DNA from: Raillietiella orientalis
Lineage: Eukaryota
Direction of reading: 5' to 3'
DNA: 64,000 nt
Assembly: GCA_036172245.1 (NCBI GenBank)
Contig: JAYWIR010000015.1
Location: 1,364,001 to 1,428,000 of the forward strand
Positions 23,246-33,922 of this stretch are shown here, piece by piece (within the stretch, counting starts at the first letter, position 1; the number at the start of each line of letters is the position of its first letter). A program made the position numbers and the translations under genes. Under the pieces are notes generated by a model. It saw only the letters and a list, made by a program, of their open reading frames with translations, was not told the origin of the DNA and searched no databases.

Positions 23246-25189
23246 CCGAAAATGAACTGAACAGTTCATTGTCGGATTCGGATGCTGCGATCTTCCTTGG
23301 ACGCGCCCCTTGCTCCTTTCGGGAGCTCTCGGCCTAGTGCGGTTCCGTGCTTCCCGCCTTCAGGCTACACACCGGTCGAAGGACCTCCTTCGTCCTCTCC
23401 GGTACCTTCGCGCCCTGCTCGATCTGCGTCACGGGCCAAACACCGGGAAGACCGTACCGGGAGGAGGAGAAAGAGGAAGGGGGAGATACCAGGAAGTCGG
23501 CTTTCCCGACCGTTCCCGTGAGCTTCAATATCCTCACCCCCCCCCCCTCCCACAAGCCTTCCAGGAGTGGGGTGACCCCCGTCCTGGAAGAAGCGCGGCA
23601 GAGCTGGACTCGTTCCTCTTCCCGGAGCCTCTCGCGCCTCCGGAATGCTGGAGGTAGGAGAGTCCCGGGCTCGCGAGACGATGGGGAGAGGAGTGGCTCT
23701 CCGGATAAAGAGTGTGAGCATCGCGGCTTCCATCCTGTCCGCTGGCGGAGCCCTCTCGTGGACTCGGCGCTTCCCTCCGGTCCCCACCCTCCGCCTTCCC
23801 TTCGTGAGCATCTCGAGACAGGAACGGTAAGACGAGAGAAAGGCCCTCGGTTTCCTCGAGGGGAGGAAAAGAGGGGGAAGAGGACGAGATCGCAGACTCA
23901 TTGGAAGGAGGGGGGAGGGGGAGGGGGAGGGGGGAGAACTCGGAGTTCTGGGAAAGATCGACGGGGAAGGCGGGGCTGCTGCTCACCCTTGCTCATCCGA
24001 ACCGAATTCCTCGCAGCTTGTGCCCATCCATGCAAGCCACAGGAGAAAGGGGAGAAGGATGGGGGGGGAGGAATTAACGGGGAGAGCGCGCGTCGCTTTC
24101 TCCATGCTCTCTTGTTTGTCCGGGACGGGATCCGTTGCGTCGATTCCAGAAGTGTGGCGTCTACGGAACCGGAGCAATTTGTCCCGGAAACGTGGGCGAA
24201 ACGCTGCGCTTCCCCCCCCCCCCCTTTCTCTCTCTGAAAGCAGTTCCTCGACAAACGGGAAGAGAAAAGGAAGACGGAAGGAATGCTTGCCGTGAGGCGA
24301 ATGCGACCCCCAACAGCTGCTGCCATTCTCCCCCCCTCCACATCACGTTCTTTCGTTTCCACTCATTCCTGACAATCAGCAGAGCCTCCATTGGCGACTT
24401 CATTGTTGCCGCGATCCTCATTGTTGCACTCTCGAGATCTGCCATTGTTGCGGATGCCGCTGTCACCATTATTGCGGTCGCTATCGCTGTTGCCGCCTTC
24501 GTCGCGGTTGAAATCGCTGTTGCTATGATTCGCTGGGTATTGAGAGCGTGGATCCCGAAAACCAGGACCGCGCGCTCGATTTCGGTGCGCAGGTGAGCCC
24601 CCCCCTCCCCCCCCCCCTCTGCTTTTATTGCTATCTTTACTTTTATTTTTATTTTTTGTGTAAGTCAGCGGGAACCTCGCACAACCGAGGCGACGCCAAT
24701 CAGATGGAGAGGAGATTCTGCATCCCGCGGATGCTGCGATTTTGCACACGTATCCGCCGCCGCCGAGTTCCCCGCTTGATTTCCATTCCGCGAAGTGCCG
24801 CATCGCTCGCTCGCTCTTCCCCTTTCTCCCGAAGAGACCGTTTTTCCTGGCAATGGGAAAAAATTTTTTAATTCGTGCACTTATTAAACTGTATTGAGCT
24901 CGTGTCCCCTTCGCGCGAACACGAGGGGGAATCCTGCGGCACTCGCAGCCAACCAGAAGGCGCCCCCCGCCGCGCAGGCGCAACCATTAGGATCTTGCAT
25001 TAATTAAGTCTTGAGCCGTAGATCCTCATGCAAATAGCATGGCATTATTGAGCGCGCGAATTTTTCGTACAGAGCGACACGGACATGCCGGGACACTGGA
25101 TTGTCGCCGAAATTTCCCCGCGTGAGAGCAGCTCCCGTTTCCCGGAGGAGAAGGGAAGAGGAATAAGCGCTGCATGTTTTTTCGCCCTT

Positions 25190-25275
25190 GCTGCTGCTGC
25201 CGCTGCTGTTGTTGCCGTCGTCGTCGTCGTCGTCGCCGTCGTCGCCGTCGTCGTCGCCGTCGTCCTCGCTGCCGT
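25190..25275. repeat. (CTG)/(GTC)/(GCC) compound trinucleotide microsatellite
   Basis: gctgctgctgccgctgctgttgttgccgtcgtcgtcgtcgtcgtcgccgtc... Confidence 0.9.
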
Positions 25276-27999
25276 CGGCTCCTCCTCCCCCGTCGACCCC
25301 GGGAAATGAAGTGACGACGCACCGTGCGTGCACCACCCCTCGTCTCCCTGTTTTTCCCGCTTTTTTCTCCCGTCGTCCCCCGATTGCCTGCAGCAACCCA
25401 TAGTTCCTATTCGATAGTGAGGATACTCCCAAGTGAGCGTTCTTGTTGTTCCTGTTGTTATTTTTCTACTTCCCTCCTCGGAAAGGGCCGAACCTACTGG
25501 CCCCATCGACTGGACCTGACCTTCGCCTGGATACGCGGCGGTAAGTCCGGCGGAAGGCACCGGTTTCATGTTTTCGGAAACCCCAGCCGGGTGGGGGATG
25601 GGGGGTGGAGTGGGCTCCCACCTGCGCGGACCCCTTGCTGCTGCTTCCTTCCTTCCTTTCCCGCTCGTTCGCGTCCCGGAAGGGAGCCAGCTGTAGGTTT
25701 TTTCCAGGGAATCGGTCCACCGGTTCGTCCGCGGCTGCGAACGAGGCGCCTCCTCTCCCGCCTTGCGCTAGAGAGGGCGATCCCACCCGACCCCTCCATC
25801 TCAACCCCCCCCCCCCCATTCCCATCCCTCGCTCCCCTTCCCGCCGAAATGCGCAGTCCGCGAGCGGCGCACACGATCTTCGCCCCGCCCGGCCCTTCCC
25901 CCGCTCCCGCGTCGCCTCGCTCCAGGGAGGGAAGGAGGGAGGGTGGGCGCGAACACGGAGCGCACCGACACGATTGTCCCTCGCACCTCCTCCTCCTTCC
26001 CAACGCGCACGCGGGGGATGGGAGATGGGGGACGGCGGCTTCTTTCAGCGGGGCTCCGCAAGGAAGTGCATTCGCCGGAGTTTCTTTCTTCTCCTCGCGC
26101 TGCCCGGAGAGGAGGAACGCAGGGAAGGAGAAGGCGGGAGGGAGGGGAAGGAAACGGGAACAGGGAAAGGAAAAAAAAGAAAAAAGCAGGACGAGAAAAT
26201 GGGGGGGGAGGGGAAAGCTAGAAAACAAAAGACTCCCCTCTCCACACCTCGATAAAAAAAGGGGGGGGGGGAAGGGGGAGAGGGGCCGAGGAGGAGAAAG
26301 CTCCCGGAATCTGGCCGGGCCGCGTCTTCTCCGATCGGCTTTCAGGAGGCAGTAGTCTCCTCCCGTTTTCCCCTCCCTCCCAACCCCACCCCTGCCTTCC
26401 CCATGACATCACCTCTTCCGATTACGTCACCGGACGGGGACGCGGCGGCGGCCGGGAGAGCGCTGATTGCTTTCCGATAATTCCCGCGATCGGGAATTTC
26501 GGGGGATCTCCCTCCGCCGTTCCCGGAGGTACGGGATCGCGGCGATTGCGGGATGGGGGAAGAAGCTCCCTCCCTATTGATCCGGAGAGGGGGAAGAGCC
26601 TCGCGCGCGTCGCAGGGGAAGACGCGCGCGCTCCCCGACTCCCTTCCCCTCCCCCTTCGGGTTCGCGCTCCGCGGGGAGAAGGGGTGGACGGTACCGCTG
26701 CCCTCTGCGAGGGTCGCGCGGTCCAAGGAGCCAGGCGGGAGCGATTTCCCCCCCCCCCCCCTTCCCCTCTCTGCCGAGGAGACGAGAGAGGATTCGGGAG
26801 CCTTCTCCCCGGAGGGGAAGGGGCTGAAGGGACACCGACGCACCACCAGCCCCTGCACGGAGGAGACTCTATCGGGAAGATTCTCCTCCCCCGCGCTCGT
26901 TGCACCGGCGGAGGGCGGCACCGGGCCCCGTTTCCCTCCCTGGGAAAGCGGCTCATGAAGTCCTCGGGGGTGGCGGTAGGATGGGGTAGGAAGTGATGTG
27001 CGCCCTTCCGCAAGGGGAGCTGGACAGGGAAGAATGGCACGCGAACCTCCCACTCCGAGCTTCCCATCCAGCCCCGTATGAGGATTGAGAACAGGGTAGC
27101 AGTGGGACAGCAGGCGCGCCCCTTTCCCTGACCCTCTCTCGGAACTTCTCATCATGGCCACGGCTGCCTTGGGTCCCGGCCCCCTCCTTGAACGGAGTTG
27201 GAGTTTGCATTCGGAAGCCCTATTCCAAGCCAGAAACCTGGATGGGGCCGTCCTGAGTGGACGAGTGGAGGAGGGTGGAAGTCCCTCGGGGGAACCTCTG
27301 GGAAGGGACAGAAGACGAAGACTGGGTTGAGGGCACTCGACTGGGGGGGAGGGGTGGCGAGACGCTGCCTCCTTTCGTCCCGGCGGGTTCCGGAAGCCTC
27401 GCATCCCGCGGCGTCCCTGCCGGCAGCTCCTCCCGGCGGACGCTTCCCCTTCGCGGCAAAAGGAGGGACGCCTGTCCGCGGCGCCTCCTCCCGCGATTCC
27501 GGCACGCCGCTCCTCCGCCCGTCTCCACGGCGACCGAAGGATGAAGAAGCGTGAGAGGGAAGGAGGGGTGGATGGGGGGGACAGGGGCCGTTCACGGTAG
27601 GAGCGCGAATCCAGAGGGAACGAGCGCGTCGAAGCCGCAGCTTTCCCCACCGCTCCTCTCCCTTCCCTCTGTCATGCGCCCTTGAGCTCTCCTTGCCCCT
27701 TTTCCTCCGCCCCGCCCCTCCTACCGCCGCCTCTTCCGGATGCGGCGGAGGACAGCGCCACGCGAGGCCGCCGGAGCGGGGCCGGCCGGGAGCAGCCGAG
27801 AGCCGGTCCCCGTTAATTGGACGTCGCCCCCGAGTGGTCAGGTAATTGCAGATGCTGCGTCGGCGGCGAGGTCGGCCGGCAGCGGGTCCAGGGGCAGTTG
27901 AAGAGGAGGAGGAGGAGGAGGAAGGCGGGGCAACGACTCGGCGCCTCCGGCGGCCAAGCCCGGAACTTTAGAGCACGGAAAGGACGGGAGGGGGTACGC

Positions 28000-28430
28000 G
28001 CGAGCGAGGTTTGGGCTTGCGCGGGGGTAGTGGGGCGCACTCGGAGAGTGACCGGGGACGGAAGACGCGCGCACTCTATCGCCACCCCCCACTCCGCTGC
28101 CGCCTTCCCGAATCTCTTGTGGGAACTCTTCGCTCAGCTCCTCCCGGCACCTCCCTCAGTGACCCTCCCTCGAGTACCGTTTACTATGGGCTGAGAGACG
28201 AGTTCCCGGACAAAGATTCACCGCTCTACTGGAGACTGGCGCAGAGGCTGCACCGCCGGAAGGTGTACGCAGGGGCGAGAGGGTAGGGAGCTCTCTTGCG
28301 ACACAAGGACTTCCTTCACCACAGATTGGGAAGCCATCCGAAGGGAAAGCCTAAGGATCGTGTCCTTCCTTCTCTCTCCGCGACCCCGCTAGGGGGCAGA
28401 GACCTCACACCCTCCCCATGTCCACCCCTT
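28000..28430 (+). mobile_element. Decayed Tx1-like LINE 3' coding end
   Basis: Across frameshifts: RHPPLRCR / PNLLWELFAQLL / STVYYGLRDEFPDKDSPLYWRLAQRLHRRKVY, matching the post-CCHC pattern (H...C....W.......V.YG......L....IY) of L1/Tx1 ORF2. Confidence 0.4.
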
Positions 28431-28679
28431 TCCTCCTCATCCACGGTGTCAGGGGTGCTGGAGTCCTTTGAGACCGCTCCGCAGAAGGGAAGACCCGCTC
28501 CTGTAATTCCCAGGCCTGGAGCGAGCCACAGCAGGGCCCGGGGATTCTCCGCCGCTGAGGGTCGAGCGTTCCCGCGGAACGTCCGGCTCGGTGGGATCGA
28601 CGGCTGAAAGAGACAGGAAGCCCCGAGATCTCCTTCGCCGACTCCCGTGTTTGGGCGGCGGCGGCTCTTTGCCCTTAGG

Positions 28680-28900
28680 TCTCTTCCCGCTCTTCTCCTC
28701 TTCCTCCTACTTCCTCCTCCTCTTACTCCTCATTTCCCCTCCTCATCTTGCTTCTCCCCAACTTCTCCTTCCTTCTCCTCCTCCTCCTCGTCTTCCTTCC
28801 ACCTCTTCCCTTCCTCCTCCTCCTCCTGCTTTCATCCTCCCTCCTCCGCTTACTCTTAATTCCCTTTTCAACTTCCTTCCTTTTCCTCCACCCTCTCCAG
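28680..28900. repeat. CT-rich (TCC/TTC) low-complexity tract
   Basis: Polypyrimidine tract; similar tracts at 11080-11230 and, in the purine sense, 9290-9400. Confidence 0.9.
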
Positions 28901-31900
28901 CGCACTCATCTGCGGCTGGCTCGCTGGACTTGGGCGCGCATCTGACATGGTCTCCCTGGGACGTGAAAGAAGAACCCTAGGCGAGTGGTCGCAGCATCCC
29001 TGGATAGGATCCCAGAGGTCTTCAAGGGTCGCTCTTAACTCGGAGCGACCTTACTGGATGCGGGTCCCTACCGGGATGAACTCGTCAGGGGATGGTGCGA
29101 CCCTCGTCCAAGTGGGTCCTGGAGCTCACCGACGGGAATCCAGAGGGAGGGGCCGGATGCTAGGATGCCTCCTCCCTCCCCCTTTCTTCTCTCCCCCTGC
29201 TCCTCTCCAACCCCCTGCGTGTCTTCAGGAAGGAAGGCGGTGGGGAACGGAGGTTTTTCTCGCCCGGGAGCATCACCGGACCGCTCTTCTCTTCTTCCTT
29301 CGCACCCTCGGGACGATCTCCCCTTCCTCGGAGATAACTCCTCCGGGAACCGAGTGCCTATCTCCCCTCCTCCCGCCCCAGTGATGACCAGTGATGATCC
29401 GCGGAGAGGGACGTGTGAAGCAGGGCCGGCGAATGAATCGGGTAAGGCTCCCTCCGTTTTGCTGGAACGGAATGGGGTAGGGAAGCCTAGAGCTCCTTAC
29501 GCTCCATGACTTGCTGCTTCCTCGATGGCCTTCCCTGAGCGTCCTTGTGTCCCGGAGTGGCGCTTCCCGCAGACTCGAAGCTCCCCGGGCGCTGCCTGGC
29601 GTCCGGCGCTCCCGTCTGTGGCCTCAGCGGGAGAGGTAGAGCGCTGTTTCCTTCCCCCCTTCCCCGTTCCTTCCCAGAACCACGGGGACTTCCTTCTGCC
29701 CCGGGGCAGGGAGGACCAAGAACTCCGCGTCAGCGGTACCTTCCCTGGACCTCTTTCTTCCTCCCTCCCCGCGATGTCGTTTCGGCATCCCCCCTGCGGG
29801 GGTTTCCGATCTGCTACCTTTCCCTCCCTCCTCCTCGGGAGGAGGGCGCGGGACTCGCTGCACCCGGACCCAGCAGCCGGGCGCTCGCCGGGCCGATCGT
29901 TGCCACGGGAACCAGCCGCCGGGAGGCTTCTGGAGGTCACGCCAATCGGCACGTTAATTGTCCTCTCCGCGATTAGTGATCTTCGCCGACCGACTCGAGG
30001 AGGGGACATCGGAACCGCTCATTAGCCGTTATATATCACAGCGTCCGTACCAGAAACCTCGAGCGGGAACGGCTTTCTCCTCCGGGACGCCAATTACCCC
30101 GCCCGGAGGAGAAAGCGCGGCTGGCAGGTCGCGCTTCTCGTGGGCGACCTTTGGAAAAGCGCGCGAGAGCGAGCGCGCGAGAGGCGAAACGCCGCTGCCG
30201 CCGCCGTCTTCCCTCCCCCCTCCCCTCCCCCCTCCGTCTTCCTCTCCTTCTCCTCCCCCTGCGACCGAAGGCTGCGAGCACGACGCCTTCCACCTGCCGG
30301 CGGGAGGGACGTGGCGAGAAGAGGAAGGACGCGCGCGCCTTCGCCCGGCCAACCACAGGAGGACCAGGGGGCGTGGCCGGAAACGAAAGCCACCGAGCAG
30401 GAAGGAACCCGCGCTTCCGGAGATCCCTCGGAACCCCCCTCCCCTTCCGGTAGGGACAGCGGTGGTTCTGGGCTGCCTCTCTCTCTCATCCCCGGGCGCC
30501 TCGGGGAAGAGAGGGGGGGCGTCACGCAGCCAACGTCCCTCCAGGAGTCAGTCGCTTCCGGGAGACCATGCTGTCTGGCGGCGTCGGGAGTCCGAGGGAG
30601 GGAGCGGTCGACCCGTTGTCTCTTCCCCCTTCCCCGGGGCAGAATGTGGAGGGGAAGGAGACGCTGCGGTTTCGCGCCCGACCCGCAGGAGGCGCTCTCA
30701 GCCCTGCGTGAGGCCGAGAGGTTGCCGAACGTGCGATCGGCCCCACGCAATCGGCGAGCGCGCGTGAGGGAGCGCCCAAGGAAGAGGAGGGGAAGGGGAA
30801 AGGGAAACCGGGGTTGATCGGCTTCGCCCCGCGCTTTCTACGGGATGCCGGAAGGGCAGGAATGACCTTTCGAGAGGCGGCGGCGGGAGTGGAGGAAAAG
30901 AAGGAGGGGGGTAGAGAAGAGGCTTCCTACCGCCCCCTCTGCCCTCAAGGCGGCTGCGAAGCCCACCCATTTCCCCCTCCTCTCCTCCTCTTCCGGCAAC
31001 GCGCCAGCCAAAGCCATGACCAAGTGTTCCGGTCCGGAGCCGTCCGAGACGATCGCGCCAGGGTCGAGCCACCGCCCCTCTCCCTCCTTCCCGGCACGCT
31101 TTCCCGCGCAGCCGCAGCTGCCGGCACTTCCGATCACCCGAGGAACGCCTTTTTTTCGCCTGGCCCCGGCAACCGGGAAGGGCGCTCCGTCTGACTCGTC
31201 CGAGACGCGGCACCAGCATCGCGCCTCCCAGAGGAGGGTGAAGGGGTGATTTCTTCGGACGAGGGGGTACAGAACGAGGGATGGGGGGAGATCCAGGAAG
31301 CAAGGGGCCTCGTCCCCCGCCGCTTGGTCGGTCGGATAGCTGGCAGCTGCGCTCCTGGTCCGGGAAGAGGGGCGGGGATGTGGAGGGTCCCTTCCCTGGT
31401 GCGCGTTCGCCTCCGCTCCACTCCATCCCGCTCCATCTCGAGGGGAAGCTCCAGCGGAGGCGCACCTCTGGCAGCTGCAGCGGAATCCCGCGGGAGGCTT
31501 CCGGAGCCTACCTCGTGGGCACGCCCTTGCTCTCCCCCTCCCCCCTCCCCTTCCCTCCCCTTCCTGCTCTCTGCTCGGTCGCCATCGCCTGCCCTCCCCG
31601 TCGCAGCGTTGGGGCGCGGTAGGGGCCAACGGCGGCCGAGCAGCGTGTGCCACGGGGCGAAGGGTGAAGGCGAACGGCAAACGCGCAGGGAGGAGCTCCA
31701 GCGGCGGCTTGCCCTCTCCTCCCCCCCCCCCCTCCCCTCCTCGGACGCCCCGCCGAATGTTCAGTGGCGCGCGTAAAAATCGAACGCCGTCCGCGCGTAA
31801 TGCGCGAATTAATAAATCGACGTCTGGGGTCATCCGATTGGTCCTTTTTGAATCCCCGCTCCTCTTTCCCCGTCTCTCCCTCTCCCCGATGGGCGAAAAC

Positions 31901-33666
31901 GGGCAGCGATCCCTATTGATCTCCGATCGATCGAACCGCTGCGAGCGAGGAAAGGAAGAGAGGGGGGGGGGAGGGGCAGGAGGGAGAGAGGAAGGGGGGA
32001 AGGAAAACAAAAACAAAAAAGGGGGGAGGGGCAGAGTGGGGAGGGGGCAAGGAAACCGTTCGGCGCGCTCGACTGTCCCCTGATTCCCGCCGGGATCACC
32101 TGAGAGAAGAGGAGGAGGAGCAGGGGGGGGGGAAGAGAGGAAAATCCCGAAAAGGCAGGTTGGCGGCGGACGGTCGGCCCACCCGCCCTTTCCGGGAAGA
32201 CTCGTCGCCACAGCCGGTCCCGAAAACCGCGAGGCGAGCGCGCCACCTCCGGAGGGGGCGCCTTCCGGCGTGACTGAGTGCCCTTCGCACACGCGCCCGG
32301 AAGGTCGCTTCCGGGACGGCAGGGAGGGGGGCGCGACGCGTGCCTCTCTCACCGGTGGCCGCGGCCGGTTCGCCGAGAGTTCGTCCGCTCTCCCCTCCTC
32401 GTCTTCGACCCTTTCCCTCCCTTCCTGTTTCTTCCTAAGGTTTCCTTCCTCTTCCCGTAAACGCACGCTGGCTGCTGCAAGGAGCGGGAATACTTGGGAA
32501 CGACACCCTCCCGATCCCCTTCGTCCCCGCCTTTGCTTCCCGCCGGAGGGAGCAAGTCCCGGTCGCTGGCCTGTGACGCTCCTGCGAAAGAGAGGAAGCT
32601 CTACTGGGGAATGGGGGTCTCCCAGAAGGGTGCCAATTCGCGCGCACGTCCTCGTGGGGACAAAGAAAAAGGAAGGCGTAGGGCAGGCAGGCAGAGCTCT
32701 GTGCTCCCAGAGGCCCGGAAAGAACTCTCCTCGTCCTCCGCTGGAGGGGAGGGGCAGCAAACGGAGAGCGGACACCCCAGAGAGAGGCAGTGCGGGGCTG
32801 ATCTTTCTTTCCATCCTTCAGGAGACGGAGGGAGGAAGAAGAGAAGGCATCCTGCGAGAGAGGTGCTCTGATTCTATCCCGGGACGATCGGCAGCAGAGG
32901 AGGAAACGGGAAAAGGGAGGAGGAGGGGGATGGCAGGAGGGTCCCGGAGGATTGGCAGGGGGGCTCCGCGGGGGTCTTCTGAGGGCAACCGAATGCTCCT
33001 CCTCCCTTTCCTCCTGCCCTTTCTTCCCTCGAGCGAAGTGCCTACAAGCGAGGCGTGCGGGGAGGGTCCGGGTGTGGGTCGGGGACGGTTCTCGGGGGAA
33101 AGAGATAAGGCAGAAGGGTGAAAGAGGAGGCGAAGAGGAGGAAGAAGGACGAGTAGGAGCGAGAGGAAGAGCAGGAGAAAACGAAGAGGAAGAGGAGGAG
33201 GAAGAAGGGAGGAAGAGGAGGAGCGCGCGCCTGCGTGCTGCTGCCCGCCCTGCGCGCGCGCGAAGGATGCAGCGAGGGCCCCTGGCGTCGTCTGCAGATG
33301 CGGCGGCGTCTGCGGCGGCGAGATTTCCCGCGTGTCAAACCAGACGAAGACGGATGAAACGGGGTCGCTCGCGCACGGGCGCTCGCGCGCGCCCGTGCGC
33401 GAGCGAGCGAGCGAGCCAGAGGCAGGCTGCTCCGCTGGTGTTTCCCTCACCTCTCTGTCTCTCTCCCTCGCTCGCGCCTCTCTGCTCGCGCTCTCCCCCG
33501 CCTCGCCTCGCCGCCGCTCCCCCTCACTCCCGTCCTCCTCCGCTCCGCGGCGCTCGTCCGCCGCCGCGCCGCGCTCTCCCGTTAATACGCGCTGGCACCT
33601 TCGCCCGGAAATCTCTGCTAATTACCGCTCAGGTAGAGCGCGCGGCAGACGGTCGCGCGCACGCGA

Positions 33667-33700
33667 TCAGTTGCGAGTGAACCTCCGAGGGGAGCGGACG
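33667..33700 (+). promoter_or_regulatory. Putative Inr + MTE-like + DPE core promoter of zfh2 (TSS about 33669)
   Basis: TCAGTT at 33667-33672 matches the arthropod Inr TCAKTY with A+1 at 33669. CGAGGGGAGC at +18..+27 is MTE-like. GGACG lies at exactly +28..+32 (DPE RGWYV). CT/GA-repeat tract about 200 nt upstream, no TATA box, 2.8 kb upstream of the first coding acceptor. Confidence 0.62.
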
Positions 33701-33922
33701 AGCGGCATCGCGGGAGGAGCGCGCTGCGAGTGACGACACGCTCACACGCGACACACCACCCACTCGGCGTGCGCGCGCGAGTGCGACGGCGGCCTCTCCG
33801 TCCTCCTGCGGGCGGCGCGGACACGACCCCAGGGGACCGACCGGACGAACCCGCGGGGCGGGAGCGCTCCTCCCCCGAGGGCGACGACCCTGGAAGACGA
33901 TGATGACAGCTGCCCGAGGTTG
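33669..33922 (+). other. Putative first (leader) exon of zfh2
   Basis: Runs from the predicted TSS to tandem donors GAG|GTTGGT (33919) or TTG|GTATGC (33923); would splice to the acceptor at 36455/36456. Confidence 0.45.

Noticed and set aside
30838..32814. 658-aa minus-strand ORF
   Set aside because: Low-complexity reading of stop-poor GC-rich DNA; no recognisable domain
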